Shown here piece after piece: positions 35,421 through 47,902 of a DNA stretch of 64,000 nucleotides. The stretch lies in NCBI GenBank assembly GCA_010093745.1, contig MU005990.1, positions 62,001-126,000 on the forward strand. The letters are read 5' to 3'. The notes under the pieces are model-generated. The model was not told where the DNA came from. It saw only the letters and a program-made list of their open reading frames with translations, and did no database searches. A program made the translations under genes and the position numbers. The DNA is from Piedraia hortae CBS 480.64. Taxonomy: Eukaryota. Position 1 is the first letter of the stretch, and each line of letters opens with the position of its first letter.

Positions 35421-38400
35421 TAGAACTCTGAGGCATGGCATTTGACGCCATCTTGTCTTTATACGAAGATCATGACAGACCGTTTACTTCTCTCTAGCGT
35501 GGGCGGGCTCCCGCGAGTTTGGAAAAGGGCTACCCCGACCTCTGTTTCGCGGGGCGAGCAGGTAAGCACTTCGAAACGGAGTGCCGCATGGGGTCGCGGA
35601 GTCGGATTGTGTGTACATGTCGAAGTGTGGGCAAAGCAGTAATGTTCCCACAAAATGAGGCAATGCGTGGGAAGGATAAATGGTATTTGATGACGATAAG
35701 TCTTCTCATGGGTTTAGTCTTTTACGACCAGGCAAGCTACAAGCATTGCAAAACATAAAAAGCAGATATCAAGCTAGAGCAAGGGGTTTATGATACCATG
35801 TACATATGTATGCAATATGATATGGTTTGTGTGGATGCCTGTCTTGCTATCATCATTATCGTCAAAACATTTGTCCGAACCACAGTGGCAGTGATAGGAT
35901 CGAAGGATCAGGAAGGGGAACAGGATCAGGAACAGGAAAAACAAGCGAGGCTGCGTGCAACGCAGCCTGTTCGGCGGCCAATAAGAGATTCGGATCATCA
36001 ACTGACAGCCCTAGAGGAATAAAGGGGGATGACACAAGCGAAAGGGGATCAATTGACCCAACTTGTCCCAACATGACGAGGGTACATCATTCCAAATACC
36101 AAAACCTTCCACTCATCCAATCACGGCGACCAAGTCCTATCTGGGAACGACCGAATATTGAGGGCAAAAAACAGTCAATAGATCGTCGCTTATCTCCGAA
36201 AGGGCCCAGTTTTAACAACTATGTGAGGCCGAACCCTTCCCTGGGGAACTCGATGGACCCTTGCGGGGCCGACCTGGGTTGTTTCTATGTTTGAAATCTC
36301 ACTTCGCTAATCTACGAATATCATCAACACATCTCTTCATCCTAACCTTCGTTTCTAAGTATGGTCAAGGGTCCAGGGACAACTGACGCCCATGCATCAC
36401 GTTAGTCAGCTTGTACAACGTGTTTGTTCATCTCACCGGCCGATGCTACTGCGCCCTCCGTTCATCTTCTCCTCCCTCCCCCCGCAAACGCCTAGTATTG
36501 GTGGATGATGAAACAACAAGGCTTTGTATTACGTTTTTTGCCTTTGCTTTCCCCACAGTGGGTCCTTTGTTTGGAGAACATCATACGTGTTCGCGTAGCC
36601 AATCAGGGCATCCATGCTACAGTGATTGGTCACGGCTCAATCAACCTTCCAGCGCGCTCGGAGGCTGATCGGTAGTCTTAAACCCCGGTAAACCGAGTGA
36701 AGGTCAACGAGGCCAACCATAACAGCGGCAGTAATTCGCGTGTTGCTTTTTTACCTGTTGTTCAAACGCGATTTTATTTTCTCATGCGTCTCTTTTTCTC
36801 ATTTGCCTTGCTTCTTGTCGATTGATTGTTTCTTAACTCTGCATCTTCTAGATGTAGCATTGCCCGTTGAGGCTTGAGCGCGCTCTAGTCTCTTGTTCCT
36901 TTTGATTGGCATGCAAAACACATGCACGCTTTCCGACAATGCATCAACTTCGCTGGATTGCGCTGAGATTAAATTCAGGAACAGTACTTTTTTCACCCTG
37001 GCTGCTTTTGCGGGACGTAATGCAGTTTGATGTCGGTTGATTCCGGGAACCGTGTCGCTGGGATGAATGCAGGCACGCATGCCAGTTCGGCATGCGTGCC
37101 TGCGGAGGCCGTGCGACACCAACCCCGGACCCCAAGTTAAAAATACAGTGTCCCTTCGGATATGATCGTTTGTTCGAATAGAGATGAATCCGATGCGGGC
37201 TTGCGCGGTTTTCGTACTATATCTGCCTCTTCGTGATGACGGGAATAGCTCGGCGAGAAGCCGACATATACTGCCATCATGTGACCACGCTCGCATCCTG
37301 CCATCTGTTTGGTCTAAAAAGATTGATACGCATGCCGGGTATGTCCAATGCTGTGAGCACCAGACGTGGCCTGTCAGACATGTCAGTCTCTAGGTGTTTC
37401 TAGTGTTCATTTGCTACTAGGAAACGACATCCGACCTAGCAGGATTAAATCAATCCAGTGGAGGTACTCTGAGTCCTGATGCATATCCCATTCGCTCACG
37501 AGGACAAAAGTAACCCAAGGATTTCATGAATACATCCAATCGCTGTACCTTACAAACTTTGCCAGGGAGCAAAGTCACTAGATGAACGTCAGTTAAGCTA
37601 CCGTGACCAGGACAACTCCTCATCGCTTCTTGCGTCCCAGTTAAAGTGATTCCAATCACTGTAGTGCATTACACTGGAACGATGTCTGTCCACTTCGCCG
37701 ACAACTCAAACCATCTTTTGTGTTATCAGAAAACTTTGACTGTAAGACAAGTCGGTGTCGAGCCTCTTACTCGAATAGCTCATCACTCAGTGTCCTAGAA
37801 GAGTATTAGTCTTCGATGTTCCCCGATCAGGATTAATGCCATTTTCCTCGAGGTCCTGGTGGCCTGGTCGATCTGATCTTGATCGTGGGCTGTGCCGATC
37901 AAGCTGATAAAGCATTAATTGGTCCGTAGTCCGCGTTAGCGATTTAAAGGTTAGAGGTGGCTTTGCTGCCCAATTAGACGCAAGCTTTCAGCGATACATG
38001 ACTTCACCCGAGAGCATCGTCGCTTTTGAAGAGGTCCAGGGATCAATTACAAGCGCACGATCGACTATAGAGGGAAATAGTATGTTGCACGAGATCTAAG
38101 GTTTTTGGGGTAAACACAACAACGTGGGCGCCTGTATCGCTTGGAATCGCTGGGACGTGCGTGAGTTCAAAGTTGGGGGTATTAACATGACACCACGACT
38201 TGTGACCACCACTCGCGATTTCTGGCATTATCGACTTTAGCGGAAATGATTTCACCTCATCGTGAAGTGTAGGCATCTGCAAGAAAGGACCATTGAAGGA
38301 AGTAATCGTTAAAATCAAAGAGACAGGAGACTCAATATTGCCTGACATGCATCCGGCCTGTTCGATTCAAGATTTTCGTGCTTTTCAAGCCTCCTTAAAT

Positions 38401-38941
38401 ACTTGGCAACCAGACGACAAACCCAAGTTGTCAGGACTCGACTCGTTAGCATGCAGCTATTAGGACTGGATATTATGAACCTTCCTCGAACTATCATCCA
38501 AGTGAAATGGACAACCTCACTCAATGGGTCTGCTTCTCAACTGCTGTCCCTTTATACATCTCTCAAGTCCATCTACATTCCACGCGTCTCAAAACAAACA
38601 AACCGCCCCACCACATTCCCATCCAGACACCCATTCCTCAGCGCGTATCGCGCCCGCGCTAAGCCTAGTGTCTCCCTCATTGCTGCAGAGGAGAGTCACT
38701 CCATTTCCTCCACCACCTTCCGCTCATTCACTCCACCCACGCTCTTTTGATCCCTGCAACGCCGCTGTCTCACAGCTACCACTCGTTTTCCTAAGGGTCT
38801 TAACAGCGCACCCAGGGCGCCTGTTGGATCAGCCCGAGGGCTCGTTTTCCTTAAGGCCTGCGCGGGTCGCGCGCCAAAACCCGTTAGGGCACTCACGGAT
38901 GATTGCCGAACCGTAGTACGAGACGACTCGATATTGGCGCC

Positions 38942-41900
38942 ATGGTAACTGAGCGCCGTATTGAATGCCGAGAGCGTCGCCGCCAACCGCTGGCAGAATT
39001 ACCAACTGCTGCAAACACTCTATCCTCCAGGCCCATGCAATCACAGAAAGCTGCGGCTCACCAGCCCCCTCGCAACCAGTCCATCGTCGCCACCAGCTCC
39101 CTAGCTGTGCACACTAATCCGAATACCAGCAACAAAGAACCCGACTCCAACCGCAATTCAGCTGTGTCAGCCAGCTCGATTCTTTCTGGCCGGAAGCGCA
39201 AGGCGTACATTGGCCCTTGGCAGCTTGGCAGGACGATTGGAACGGGCGGATGCTCCAGCGTGCGCGTCGTCCGCCATCGTTTCCGTAGTCAATATGGCGC
39301 CGTCAAAATTATCAGCCGCGCCACGGCTGAAAAATCCCGTGCCCAGAGTCTGGCAAATTTGATTGAGAATACCCGCGGTGGCCCAGTGACCAACAATAAT
39401 CGTCCGCTTCCCTACGGTCTAGAGCGCGAAATTGCCATCATGAAGCTGCTGGAGCACCCCAACATTGTCAAGTTGTATGACGTTTGGGAAAATCACAACG
39501 AGCTCTACATCATCATGGAATACGTTGAAGGCGGCGAGTTGTTTCACTATATTGACAGACGTGGGGGATTGTCGGAGGAAGAATCAGCTTATGTTATGCT
39601 CCAGATCGTTTCGGCTCTGCTTTACTGCCATCGCCACCTCATTTGCCATCGGGATCTCAAGCCGGAGAATATTCTTCTGGACCAGCGCAACTCCCGGGTC
39701 AAGCTCATCGATTTTGGCATGGCTGCGCTGCAGCCGGAGGGCCGCAAGCTTACCACGCCTTGCGGTAGCCCTCATTACGCCGCTCCAGAAGTAATCAGCG
39801 CTAGGCCGTACGATGGCACAAAAGCCGATGTATGGAGCTGCGGAGTCATTCTCTATGTCATGCTTACAGGCTTTACTCCCTTCAACTATTCAGAAGGAGG
39901 CAATTTTCGCTCGCTATTTCGCGATATCATGCACGCCCGCTACCAAATGCCACCCTATCTCAGCAATGAGGCCCGTGATCTTATCTCTCGCATATTTGTC
40001 CCGGACCCCAGCCGCCGTATCACCATGGACGAGGTCTGGGATCATCCGTTTCTGCACAAGTGGGATGAGGCCTGGCGCATCAGTGGCCACGCCGTGACAA
40101 AGGAGGCGGCCATCGGGCCCGTGATGACCATCGAGCGCTGGGGTGTTGGGCGTGTACAGGATATTGACCGCAGCATTTTGCGAAACATGCGTACGCTCTG
40201 GCATAGTGAGCCGGAGCAAAAACTCATCCAAAAGCTGCTTAACGCGGAGTTGAACCAGGAGAAACTGTTCTATGCGGCGCTGATCAAGCACCGCGACGAA
40301 AACCTCGAGCAGTACGAGAAACCAGAGGATGCTGACATCGCTGCCAGCGACCACCATCATCACCATGGCCGCCCGCCTCCTGTTCCGCGCACAGCTTCGC
40401 AATTCTCCATCATGAACGACGAGCATCTGCGCATTCCAGCCGTGCCGTCGGCTAAAGTGCCTGCGGATGATCCTGGCTCGTCCTCGTCTAGCAGCTTTGA
40501 CCCATACCATGCACAGAAGGCTCCTATGGAACACACAAGCTCGGACCCTGCCAAAGTATCTGTCCACCGTCGTGCCAGAGCTGCATCTGGTGGTCGCGCT
40601 GCCAACTCTGCTCGTCCTCTTCGACGCACTTATCGACTGCCGCCCGCTGGCGCTAGGCCCTCCTCTACTGGCACGAGAACCCCCTCTGGCTTTCGTGTTA
40701 ACCGCAGCCAAAACTTTCGCCCGTCAGCGTCGCGCAGCTCGATCAGGAGCCAAGTATTCCCTAGCAGCCCGCCTGTAATGATCTCGAGAAGGCCTTCAGA
40801 CCGCCATAAGCGCGGCGTCACTTTCCGTCATCGTGCTGGATCGTCCTCGCTTACTGGTACCTCAAGCCCTGAGCCGCAGCTGCCCTTGCTGCCTCGTGAG
40901 ATTGGTTCTGGCATCACGATGCAATCATCAGAGGCGGCCCCTTCGCATTCGAGCCCAGTTGCCCAAATCGCACAGGCAATCCGGCTTCGCAAAGAGAGGG
41001 TCCTTCCTCATCCTCGTCCGGCAGCAATTGGGCAAAGTGAGAGTCGAGAAATACGAACGCACAGTGCCGAACTCGAGCGCGCATGCGAGGAGGCCTTTTT
41101 TCGCAGCTCGCCCGGTGTATCGTCGCTTGACATCTCGCAGGTTGGCAATTTCTCTTCTGCGTTGAACACACCTTCCTCTTTGGCTTTTGCTCGCAATTCA
41201 GGCAATGGCACCACACCACGGCCGCTGCCGATGCGCATGCTGGATACTCCAAACACCTACCTTAATCGCACGTTGGCGGAAACTCGTCAGAAGCTTGCCG
41301 CCCACAAGCCCGAGGGAGGTGATGACAACGCGTCTCGCTATGAGGAAGTCATGCGCTTACTCGACAATATCGTCCCGCCCACACCCATTGAACGACGTAG
41401 TGCCACTGCTCCTACGCCAACGCCTGCGGACCATATTGGCCTGTTGCCTATCATCTCGGAAGAGGGCACTCAAGGATCTCCGGGTACGGAGCTCTCTAGT
41501 GATCTGAACTGGCGTACCGTCAGTGATCCGGTGCAACAAACACCCCATCTGGATCGCTGCACGGTTCGCATCGTCACGCCGTCTGCTCACTCCTCGCCGT
41601 CTGTGGCTTCAGAGGCGCTGCCATCGCCAAACGTGGCACCTTTGAATGTACGCAAGCGCAGTCGCGGGAGCGCTGGCAGCGATGAAACCGTTATCCGCGC
41701 AGCTGGTCATTCTCCGCCGGAAAGCCCGACTAACGATGAAAATGAGGACCCCGTGGCTCTCTTGCACAAGATACGGTCGGGCTGGCTGGGTCGTTCGAAG
41801 AAGCGTGTCTCGGGAGAGAACTTGGTCAACAATGGTACGGGTGAAAGCGGACAGGTTGCGGGTACAACTGGATGGCTTAAGAAGCGCATCTCAGGAGAGG

Positions 41901-42622
41901 GCATTGCGAATGAGACGATGGGAGAAATTCGGGGTATTTCGAAGAAGGGAGAAGATGTTGGTCAAGGTGCCGGGAATGCTGGCGAGCCGGCCGTCCGCAA
42001 GACTAGATTTGCCAGTGGCTCTGGACTGGCCAAGTGGCTTGGTCGTAAATCGGTGGAGAAGTTTGAAGATAAACATGGCGAGACCCAGCAGCGCGCGCCC
42101 ATGGGAACGTCTTATCAGCCAGGAGACAACGGATCCGAAACTTCACCTGCTTCTTCAACGGATGGAGCGCCGTCTATGACTAGTTCGGTCGGGGCACCGA
42201 TTCCGGACGGCGATGAGCGCTCGTGGTTTGCTCGTTTTCTTCGCCTCAAGCCCTGTGTCAAGGTCATCCCGTTTGCAATCTCTCGTCGTCGTTGCCGTCA
42301 CGAGATGGTTGATCTTATGCGTACGTGGGAGGAGCATGGTATCCGCGACTTGCTATACTCACGCGAGATGAGTACAATCACGGCTCGGATTGGACGCGAA
42401 AATGCACTGCATCTGAAGCCAGTGTCGTTCAGAATTGAAATCTTTGTGGTTTTGGATCGCGGCCGGAGAGCGAACCTCAGCATTGCGCGTTTCGTGCAGG
42501 TGAAGGGTGCCGCTAGTAGCCTGCGCAAGCTGGTTGAGGTTGTTACCGAGATCATGAGTGCTCGAGACATGCTAGTAACGGACAAGGAAAAACGCAAGGC
42601 TCTACTGGAGCTGGTGACTTGA
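38942..42622 (+). CDS. Nim1-family (Gin4/Hsl1/Cdr2-like) septin-associated Ser/Thr kinase
   Basis: IGPWQLGRTIG, PYGLEREIAIMKLLEHPN, HRDLKPEN, CGSPHYAAPE, NQEKLFY and a C-terminal fungal KA1 domain (SWFARFL...RFVQVKGAASS). Confidence 0.93.
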   Translation: MVTERRIECRERRRQPLAELPTAANTLSSRPMQSQKAAAHQPPRNQSIVATSSLAVHTNPNTSNKEPDSNRNSAVSASSILSGRKRKAYIGPWQLGRTIGTGGCSSVRVVRHRFRSQYGAVKIISRATAEKSRAQSLANLIENTRGGPVTNNNRPLPYGLEREIAIMKLLEHPNIVKLYDVWENHNELYIIMEYVEGGELFHYIDRRGGLSEEESAYVMLQIVSALLYCHRHLICHRDLKPENILLDQRNSRVKLIDFGMAALQPEGRKLTTPCGSPHYAAPEVISARPYDGTKADVWSCGVILYVMLTGFTPFNYSEGGNFRSLFRDIMHARYQMPPYLSNEARDLISRIFVPDPSRRITMDEVWDHPFLHKWDEAWRISGHAVTKEAAIGPVMTIERWGVGRVQDIDRSILRNMRTLWHSEPEQKLIQKLLNAELNQEKLFYAALIKHRDENLEQYEKPEDADIAASDHHHHHGRPPPVPRTASQFSIMNDEHLRIPAVPSAKVPADDPGSSSSSSFDPYHAQKAPMEHTSSDPAKVSVHRRARAASGGRAANSARPLRRTYRLPPAGARPSSTGTRTPSGFRVNRSQNFRPSASRSSIRSQVFPSSPPVMISRRPSDRHKRGVTFRHRAGSSSLTGTSSPEPQLPLLPREIGSGITMQSSEAAPSHSSPVAQIAQAIRLRKERVLPHPRPAAIGQSESREIRTHSAELERACEEAFFRSSPGVSSLDISQVGNFSSALNTPSSLAFARNSGNGTTPRPLPMRMLDTPNTYLNRTLAETRQKLAAHKPEGGDDNASRYEEVMRLLDNIVPPTPIERRSATAPTPTPADHIGLLPIISEEGTQGSPGTELSSDLNWRTVSDPVQQTPHLDRCTVRIVTPSAHSSPSVASEALPSPNVAPLNVRKRSRGSAGSDETVIRAAGHSPPESPTNDENEDPVALLHKIRSGWLGRSKKRVSGENLVNNGTGESGQVAGTTGWLKKRISGEGIANETMGEIRGISKKGEDVGQGAGNAGEPAVRKTRFASGSGLAKWLGRKSVEKFEDKHGETQQRAPMGTSYQPGDNGSETSPASSTDGAPSMTSSVGAPIPDGDERSWFARFLRLKPCVKVIPFAISRRRCRHEMVDLMRTWEEHGIRDLLYSREMSTITARIGRENALHLKPVSFRIEIFVVLDRGRRANLSIARFVQVKGAASSLRKLVEVVTEIMSARDMLVTDKEKRKALLELVT

Positions 42623-43098
42623 GGCATGGAAAGCAATCAATAGGCAATCGGTAATAATTCATTTTACGCAGGCGTTTTCCCTCCGATCGCTATGACTATC
42701 AGTTCCTGGTTGAAATGCATTTCGTGCCTTCTACGATAGGCCGTGTCATGATGAGAGCCCCTACGCTAGGTCACCTCACAGGAAGCCTTAAGGTGATCTA
42801 GATAAATCTCTGTTGAATAAAGTTTTGGCTTAATATGCGCCATGGTGTAAACTCAATTCGTATGTCGGAGAGCCGACGCCCAGGGATCGGGCAAAATGAG
42901 ATTAATGGAACAGACTACGCTGGGAATCGAATCTGTACGCTCACCTCGAACTGAATTCCAACTAGTGCACGTTTTGAACTGATTCGAGGGTCACGTGGTG
43001 CATGCTGTTTCGGGAAGGTACGCTTTGACGGGGATTTTGAGTTTGGCGATTGTCCCCCCAACACGTACCGCGACCGGGATTATTGAGAGAAGGCGAAG

Positions 43099-43902
43099 AT
43101 GGCGGAGAAGCTATTCCTCCGCACGCTCAAGTATTGGGGGGAAAATATTCCGGACTGGCTCTTTGATCTTGTCCCGGGGCACTACTATAAGCCGAAAGAC
43201 AAATCCTACCGACGTGAAAGCCATGGCAAATATTCTCGTCGTCACGGTCGTGACCATCACCGCGGCAGCCGTGATTACTACGATGATTACGATGATAAGT
43301 ATGACGATGACTTTGATAATGCCTACGACGATCACCGCCGCCATCATCGCCGCCGCTGGAGCGAAAATGATGTTCGTGCTTATCGCCCTCGCGACGATGA
43401 CTCCAATAAGCAGGGACATCGCTACTCATACGTAGAGGACTATGACAGCGATGATGAGGACAAGTACGACAAAGGCCACGCCACGGATCGCCGTGTTGAC
43501 TCCCCTGCTCCTGTCTACCGCGAGATGAACCATTCATCCCGTGACGAGCGTTCCACGTCAATTCTGAAGGACTCCAAGGACGGATACCATGAGCTTCGTT
43601 CCTCCCACCGTCGCGAGCGCGTTTACAGCCCTCGCGGTAAAGACGATTATGACAAGTACTCGACGGGGAAGGCAAAGCATCATTGCCACCACCATAGGAA
43701 GCATCACGACGACTACTATGATGACTATTACCGTGGACATCGCCATGGCAGGGACGACAAGGATGACAGGTACTACAAGCCCCGCCGCTCGGGAGAGTAC
43801 CGTTCGGTGCACTATCAAGGCAAGAACCCGCCGAATCCCGTCTACGTGCCTTCCTATCATAACGGGCCGGAGTGGGCTGATCCTCGCGAGAGTCGCCGCT
43901 AG
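43099..43902 (+). CDS. Hypothetical low-complexity H/R/D/Y-rich protein
   Basis: 267-aa ORF with strong coding-like codon bias and a short ordered N-terminus (NIPDWLFDLVPGHYY). Confidence 0.7.
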   Translation: MAEKLFLRTLKYWGENIPDWLFDLVPGHYYKPKDKSYRRESHGKYSRRHGRDHHRGSRDYYDDYDDKYDDDFDNAYDDHRRHHRRRWSENDVRAYRPRDDDSNKQGHRYSYVEDYDSDDEDKYDKGHATDRRVDSPAPVYREMNHSSRDERSTSILKDSKDGYHELRSSHRRERVYSPRGKDDYDKYSTGKAKHHCHHHRKHHDDYYDDYYRGHRHGRDDKDDRYYKPRRSGEYRSVHYQGKNPPNPVYVPSYHNGPEWADPRESRR

Positions 43903-44617
43903 TTCGGCTCCAAATGGCTTCTTACTAGCTGGGATTGAGAGAAGGAGACTGGGTTTGTGCTTGTGTAGTTTCGCTCTCAGCCCTGCTAATGGATCAGTCT
44001 AATGACTATTCTGCACTCAATGTTTTCAAATTTGGCCAATTCAAGGACCTCGTTGTAGCGGTGGTGTTGATGTTGTTCTGTTGATGAGTTCCTCATAGAC
44101 CCCAATGGCTTTGCACCTGGTCGGATACCTGCAATGCTATTTATGCTGTGCATATGTACGAGCAGTAAAGAGGATGATTCAGATTCCATTGTTACTGTCT
44201 GGCTAAGCAAGCGACTAGGAAATTGTGATGCTTATCTTGGCGGAAACGACATGCACAACAGCATGTCGTGAAAATCGGCTTTGACGCAATCACCAGGTAT
44301 TACCACCGACTCGGACTTCTGCAGGCGCTGTAAATGTCGACTGCATAACCCAAATCGAACACTTGAATTCCATGCCAAGCCTCAAAGTGCGCATCCCCAC
44401 TTCCCCGCATCACAAACTCGCCAAAAAAGGGAAGGCGTGTGCGGGACCTACTCCGCTAAATTCCCCCTATGACATAAATTACCCGCCAAACTTGACTTGA
44501 GTGAACTCCATTTGGGTAGCCCGCACCACAATATTTCCCTTGTACACTTTCATTCTTCAACATCAATTTCGCTTTACACTTCAAAATTTCTTCACTCGTT
44601 ATTCTTTTCCTCCGACG

Positions 44618-45967
44618 ATGGCGCGCACTCGTTCAGCCGCCGGCACGGTTAAAACCGTGGCAGCTCCTGCACAAAATGCCAAGAATCTGACGCCCGTTGA
44701 GGCGCCCGTCGAAGCCAAGACTGTGACACATGTTAAAGCTAAAAAGAAGGCGACCATTAAGGCTGAGAAAGAGGATCCCGGAGACGTGAACGACTTGCCG
44801 CATAATCTCGGCACTGCCCTACCTGATTTGCCCGTCAAGCGTAAGGTGGAGGACGATGAGGATGGAGAGGTCAAGGTTAGTAGGCGCAAAATTAATAAGA
44901 GCAAAATCAAGGAGGAAGATGGAGATGGTGCGGAGGTGAAAGATGTTAAGGTGAAAACTCCCAAGAAGGCCAATTACGGCCTCACGCCAGGTATCAGCCC
45001 CTATCCTGATTACGCACGCCCGACGCCCGAAGAGTGCGAGGAAGTCACGCGGTTGTTATCAGCAAAGCACGGCGTTGTCAATGCGCCCAAGGCCGTACCG
45101 CCGCCGTCGCTGACGGTGGCAGGCTGCGGCGAGGTGCCATCGGTGCTGGATGCACTTATTCGCACGCGCCTTAGTGCAAATACGACGGGAAAGAACAGCA
45201 GCGCTGCTTTCCAGGGTCTGGTTCGCAAATTCGGCACGATCCCCAACGGCGTCGGTAAGGGAAGCGTGGACTGGGATGCTGTTCGCCGTGCGCCGCTTAA
45301 AGATGTTTATAAAGCTATCGCTTGCGGTGGTCTAGCAGATCGTAAAAGTCGCGATATCCAGGCCATTCTGCAAATGGCTTGGGACGAGAACCGCGCCGCG
45401 GAACCTGATGGTGCTGATGTTGAGCACACTGTCATCTCGCTCGACCACATCCACGCTATGACGACGGATGATGCGATCAACAAGATGCTGACGTTCCCTG
45501 GCATCGGCCCCAAAACGGCGTCGTGTGTGGCGTTGTTCTGCCTCCAGCGGCCATCCTTTGCGGTCGACACGCATGTTTTCCGCCTTTGCCGCTACCTGGG
45601 ATGGGTGCCGACGAAGCCAGGGCCCGGCCAACCGCGCATCGACCGCAATACGGCCTTTGCCCATTGTGATGCGCGCGTTCCCGACCGTCTTAAATACCCG
45701 CTGCATCAGCTGTTCATTAAGCACGGCAAGGAATGTGGCCGCTGCCGCGCCATTACCGGCACTGGCTCCAAGGACTGGGACAACACCGTTTGTCCCATCG
45801 AGCACCTCGTTCATCGTCATGGAGCACGCAAGGGTGGCAAGAAGGAGCGCAAGCTCGAAATGATGGAAGAGGGCATGCCTGAAGCTACCGCTGACCAAGT
45901 GGCCGAGGAAGAAGTGGCTGCAGCCAAGACGAACAGTGACAGTGAGCTGACGGAGCTGGAAGAGTGA
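44618..45967 (+). CDS. HhH-GPD superfamily DNA glycosylase
   Basis: GCGEVPSVLDALIRT.LS.NT, GGLA..KS, FPGIGPKTASCV, FAVDTHVFRL and HGKECGRC. Confidence 0.93.
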   Translation: MARTRSAAGTVKTVAAPAQNAKNLTPVEAPVEAKTVTHVKAKKKATIKAEKEDPGDVNDLPHNLGTALPDLPVKRKVEDDEDGEVKVSRRKINKSKIKEEDGDGAEVKDVKVKTPKKANYGLTPGISPYPDYARPTPEECEEVTRLLSAKHGVVNAPKAVPPPSLTVAGCGEVPSVLDALIRTRLSANTTGKNSSAAFQGLVRKFGTIPNGVGKGSVDWDAVRRAPLKDVYKAIACGGLADRKSRDIQAILQMAWDENRAAEPDGADVEHTVISLDHIHAMTTDDAINKMLTFPGIGPKTASCVALFCLQRPSFAVDTHVFRLCRYLGWVPTKPGPGQPRIDRNTAFAHCDARVPDRLKYPLHQLFIKHGKECGRCRAITGTGSKDWDNTVCPIEHLVHRHGARKGGKKERKLEMMEEGMPEATADQVAEEEVAAAKTNSDSELTELEE

Positions 45968-46035
45968 TCGAGCCAAAAATGGGGCTGGTAATGTATTCAA
46001 TAAGGTCGTGTATATGTGTGTATATATAAAGCAGC

Positions 46036-47739
46036 TCAAAATGAGCCCTCGGTGCTGCCCTCCATGCTCTTGCTACTCGCACTGCCGGCCTTGACAGAAC
46101 CAATAATTCCATCCAAGTAGGCAGCGCCGCTCCAGGCCTGGTGCTTGAGCACGTCCACGTCTAGTTCCCGCTCCCTCCGCTGCACGAGGTCAACGTAGGC
46201 CGCCATGCCTTCGTCTTTGAACCGCCGCGCCAGCTCAGCCGTGGCCAGCGCGTTGGAATGCAAACCCGCCAGCGAGATCAGCTGCAGGACGAAGCCGTGC
46301 GGTGCGAGTTTCCACACGAAATCTTTAAGATCCTCTTGGCTGAAGCCATGGGCCAACCAGTTGAACGACGGGCTCAGATTGTAGACGAGCTTCTTACCCG
46401 GCACCGTTGAGTGAATCGTCTTGGCAAACGATGCCGCCTGAATCACATCTGGCCGCGCCGTCTCGAGCCAAAGAAGGTCCGCATATGGTGCAAAGGCCAC
46501 TGCACGCTGCGTTGCCGCTGCCATGCCCGCGGAGTAGTGGTAATACCCTTCGCGGGTACGCGGGATATCCCAGTCGAATGCCACCGCGCTGCCGGCAATG
46601 TCAGCCGCGAGCTGGCGTCTTTTGGACAGAGGGACGGGCTTGCCACTGACGGCATCGAGGTACCTTTGAGGATCGCCGCTGCTCCGACGAATGTGCGCCT
46701 CTGCCGCCTCATCAAAGGTGACAAGCTTGTGGCTTTTCACCCACTCGGCCTCGAACGCATCAATTTCCGATGAAGCCGCCCCCGACTGTTCCATCTCCTG
46801 AAGCCGCTCGGCTAGGGGCTCTGCTCGTGTGTCCGTTACGCCAAGAATGTGTGCATGATCTCGCACATCGATGGCGGAACTGAGCAGTTTCCCGCTGTCG
46901 CTATCTGTGCGTGCAATAATGAGATTCTCACAGCCCATCAGATCCCACTGGAAGCGCGCGGCAACAAGCCGGTTGATATGCTCACCAGTAGGTACCAGCA
47001 CCTTGCCCGCCAGGTGGCCGCACTTCTTACCGCCATGCAGCTGATCCTCAAAGTGCACTGCTGCTGCACCATTCTCGGCAAACAGCTTTGCCAGCTTCAG
47101 GACCGCTGAGAGACCGCCGTGGCCAGTGTCGCCGTCGGCCACAATGGGCCGCAGGTAGTCGATGTACGGAGTGGCGCGGCGCTGTTCGGCCGTCATTGCC
47201 CTTCGCGCATCAAAGTGCTTCCGATCATGCAGCTGCTGTGCCTTGAACAGTCTCTGTACCTGGTTGGGCACCGTGTTGTACGGATAGTCCCCGAAATCGG
47301 GGCTGACTTCGTTCGTTGTTGTCAACAGCGAGCTGCAAGCCCAGCCTGACACGTACAGCACCTCCTGGTACGGAGCCTGTTGAGTCATTTGTACCGGATC
47401 AATGGCACCCATTGTATGCACCGGCTTTCCTTCTTTTGCCCTTCGTTCTAGGAGGTCAAAGAGCTTCCTTGCCATCAAGGACGACGGATATGTCTGCTGC
47501 AGTGTTCCCCGCTTGCCTACTACATCCTGGGCCGAATACGGCCTCTTGATTCCGTCATATCGCGATGATGCCCACCATTCCTGCACGTCCTTTACCTGGT
47601 TGTCAAAGATGGTGTTCTCAGCCCCTGGCTTATCGGTCTCGGGGAGAAGTTGAAATGAATCTGTGATATGTGTGGAAGGAAGCGGCGGCCGCACAGTGGA
47701 CATTCGCCTACAGCCGCGCAGCGAGCGGGATAGCGACAT
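46036..47739 (-). CDS. mcl1: Mitochondrial 2-methylisocitrate lyase
   Basis: ICL fold with KKCGHL (methylisocitrate type), YNLSPSFNW and an N-terminal presequence. Adjacent to methylcitrate synthase. Confidence 0.93.
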   Translation of the reverse strand: MSLSRSLRGCRRMSTVRPPLPSTHITDSFQLLPETDKPGAENTIFDNQVKDVQEWWASSRYDGIKRPYSAQDVVGKRGTLQQTYPSSLMARKLFDLLERRAKEGKPVHTMGAIDPVQMTQQAPYQEVLYVSGWACSSLLTTTNEVSPDFGDYPYNTVPNQVQRLFKAQQLHDRKHFDARRAMTAEQRRATPYIDYLRPIVADGDTGHGGLSAVLKLAKLFAENGAAAVHFEDQLHGGKKCGHLAGKVLVPTGEHINRLVAARFQWDLMGCENLIIARTDSDSGKLLSSAIDVRDHAHILGVTDTRAEPLAERLQEMEQSGAASSEIDAFEAEWVKSHKLVTFDEAAEAHIRRSSGDPQRYLDAVSGKPVPLSKRRQLAADIAGSAVAFDWDIPRTREGYYHYSAGMAAATQRAVAFAPYADLLWLETARPDVIQAASFAKTIHSTVPGKKLVYNLSPSFNWLAHGFSQEDLKDFVWKLAPHGFVLQLISLAGLHSNALATAELARRFKDEGMAAYVDLVQRRERELDVDVLKHQAWSGAAYLDGIIGSVKAGSASSKSMEGSTEGSF

Positions 47740-47830
47740 AATCTCGGCGCAGCTCTTTTTCGGTCTGGCTGGAGTTGAGATCCATCCGGAGCGGGCCGAG
47801 GATCCTTCAATTCTGAATTTGGCGCCCGGG

Positions 47831-47838
47831 TGACGTCA
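47831..47838. promoter_or_regulatory. Perfect CRE/ATF palindrome TGACGTCA in the mcl1/mcsA bidirectional promoter
   Basis: Located near the centre of the 163-bp intergenic region. Confidence 0.45.
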
Positions 47839-47902
47839 TGGCGGATCTTTCATGCGGGGTTGAGGGGAAATGTAAACCTGAGGAGCTTGATGCAGAAACT
47901 TC

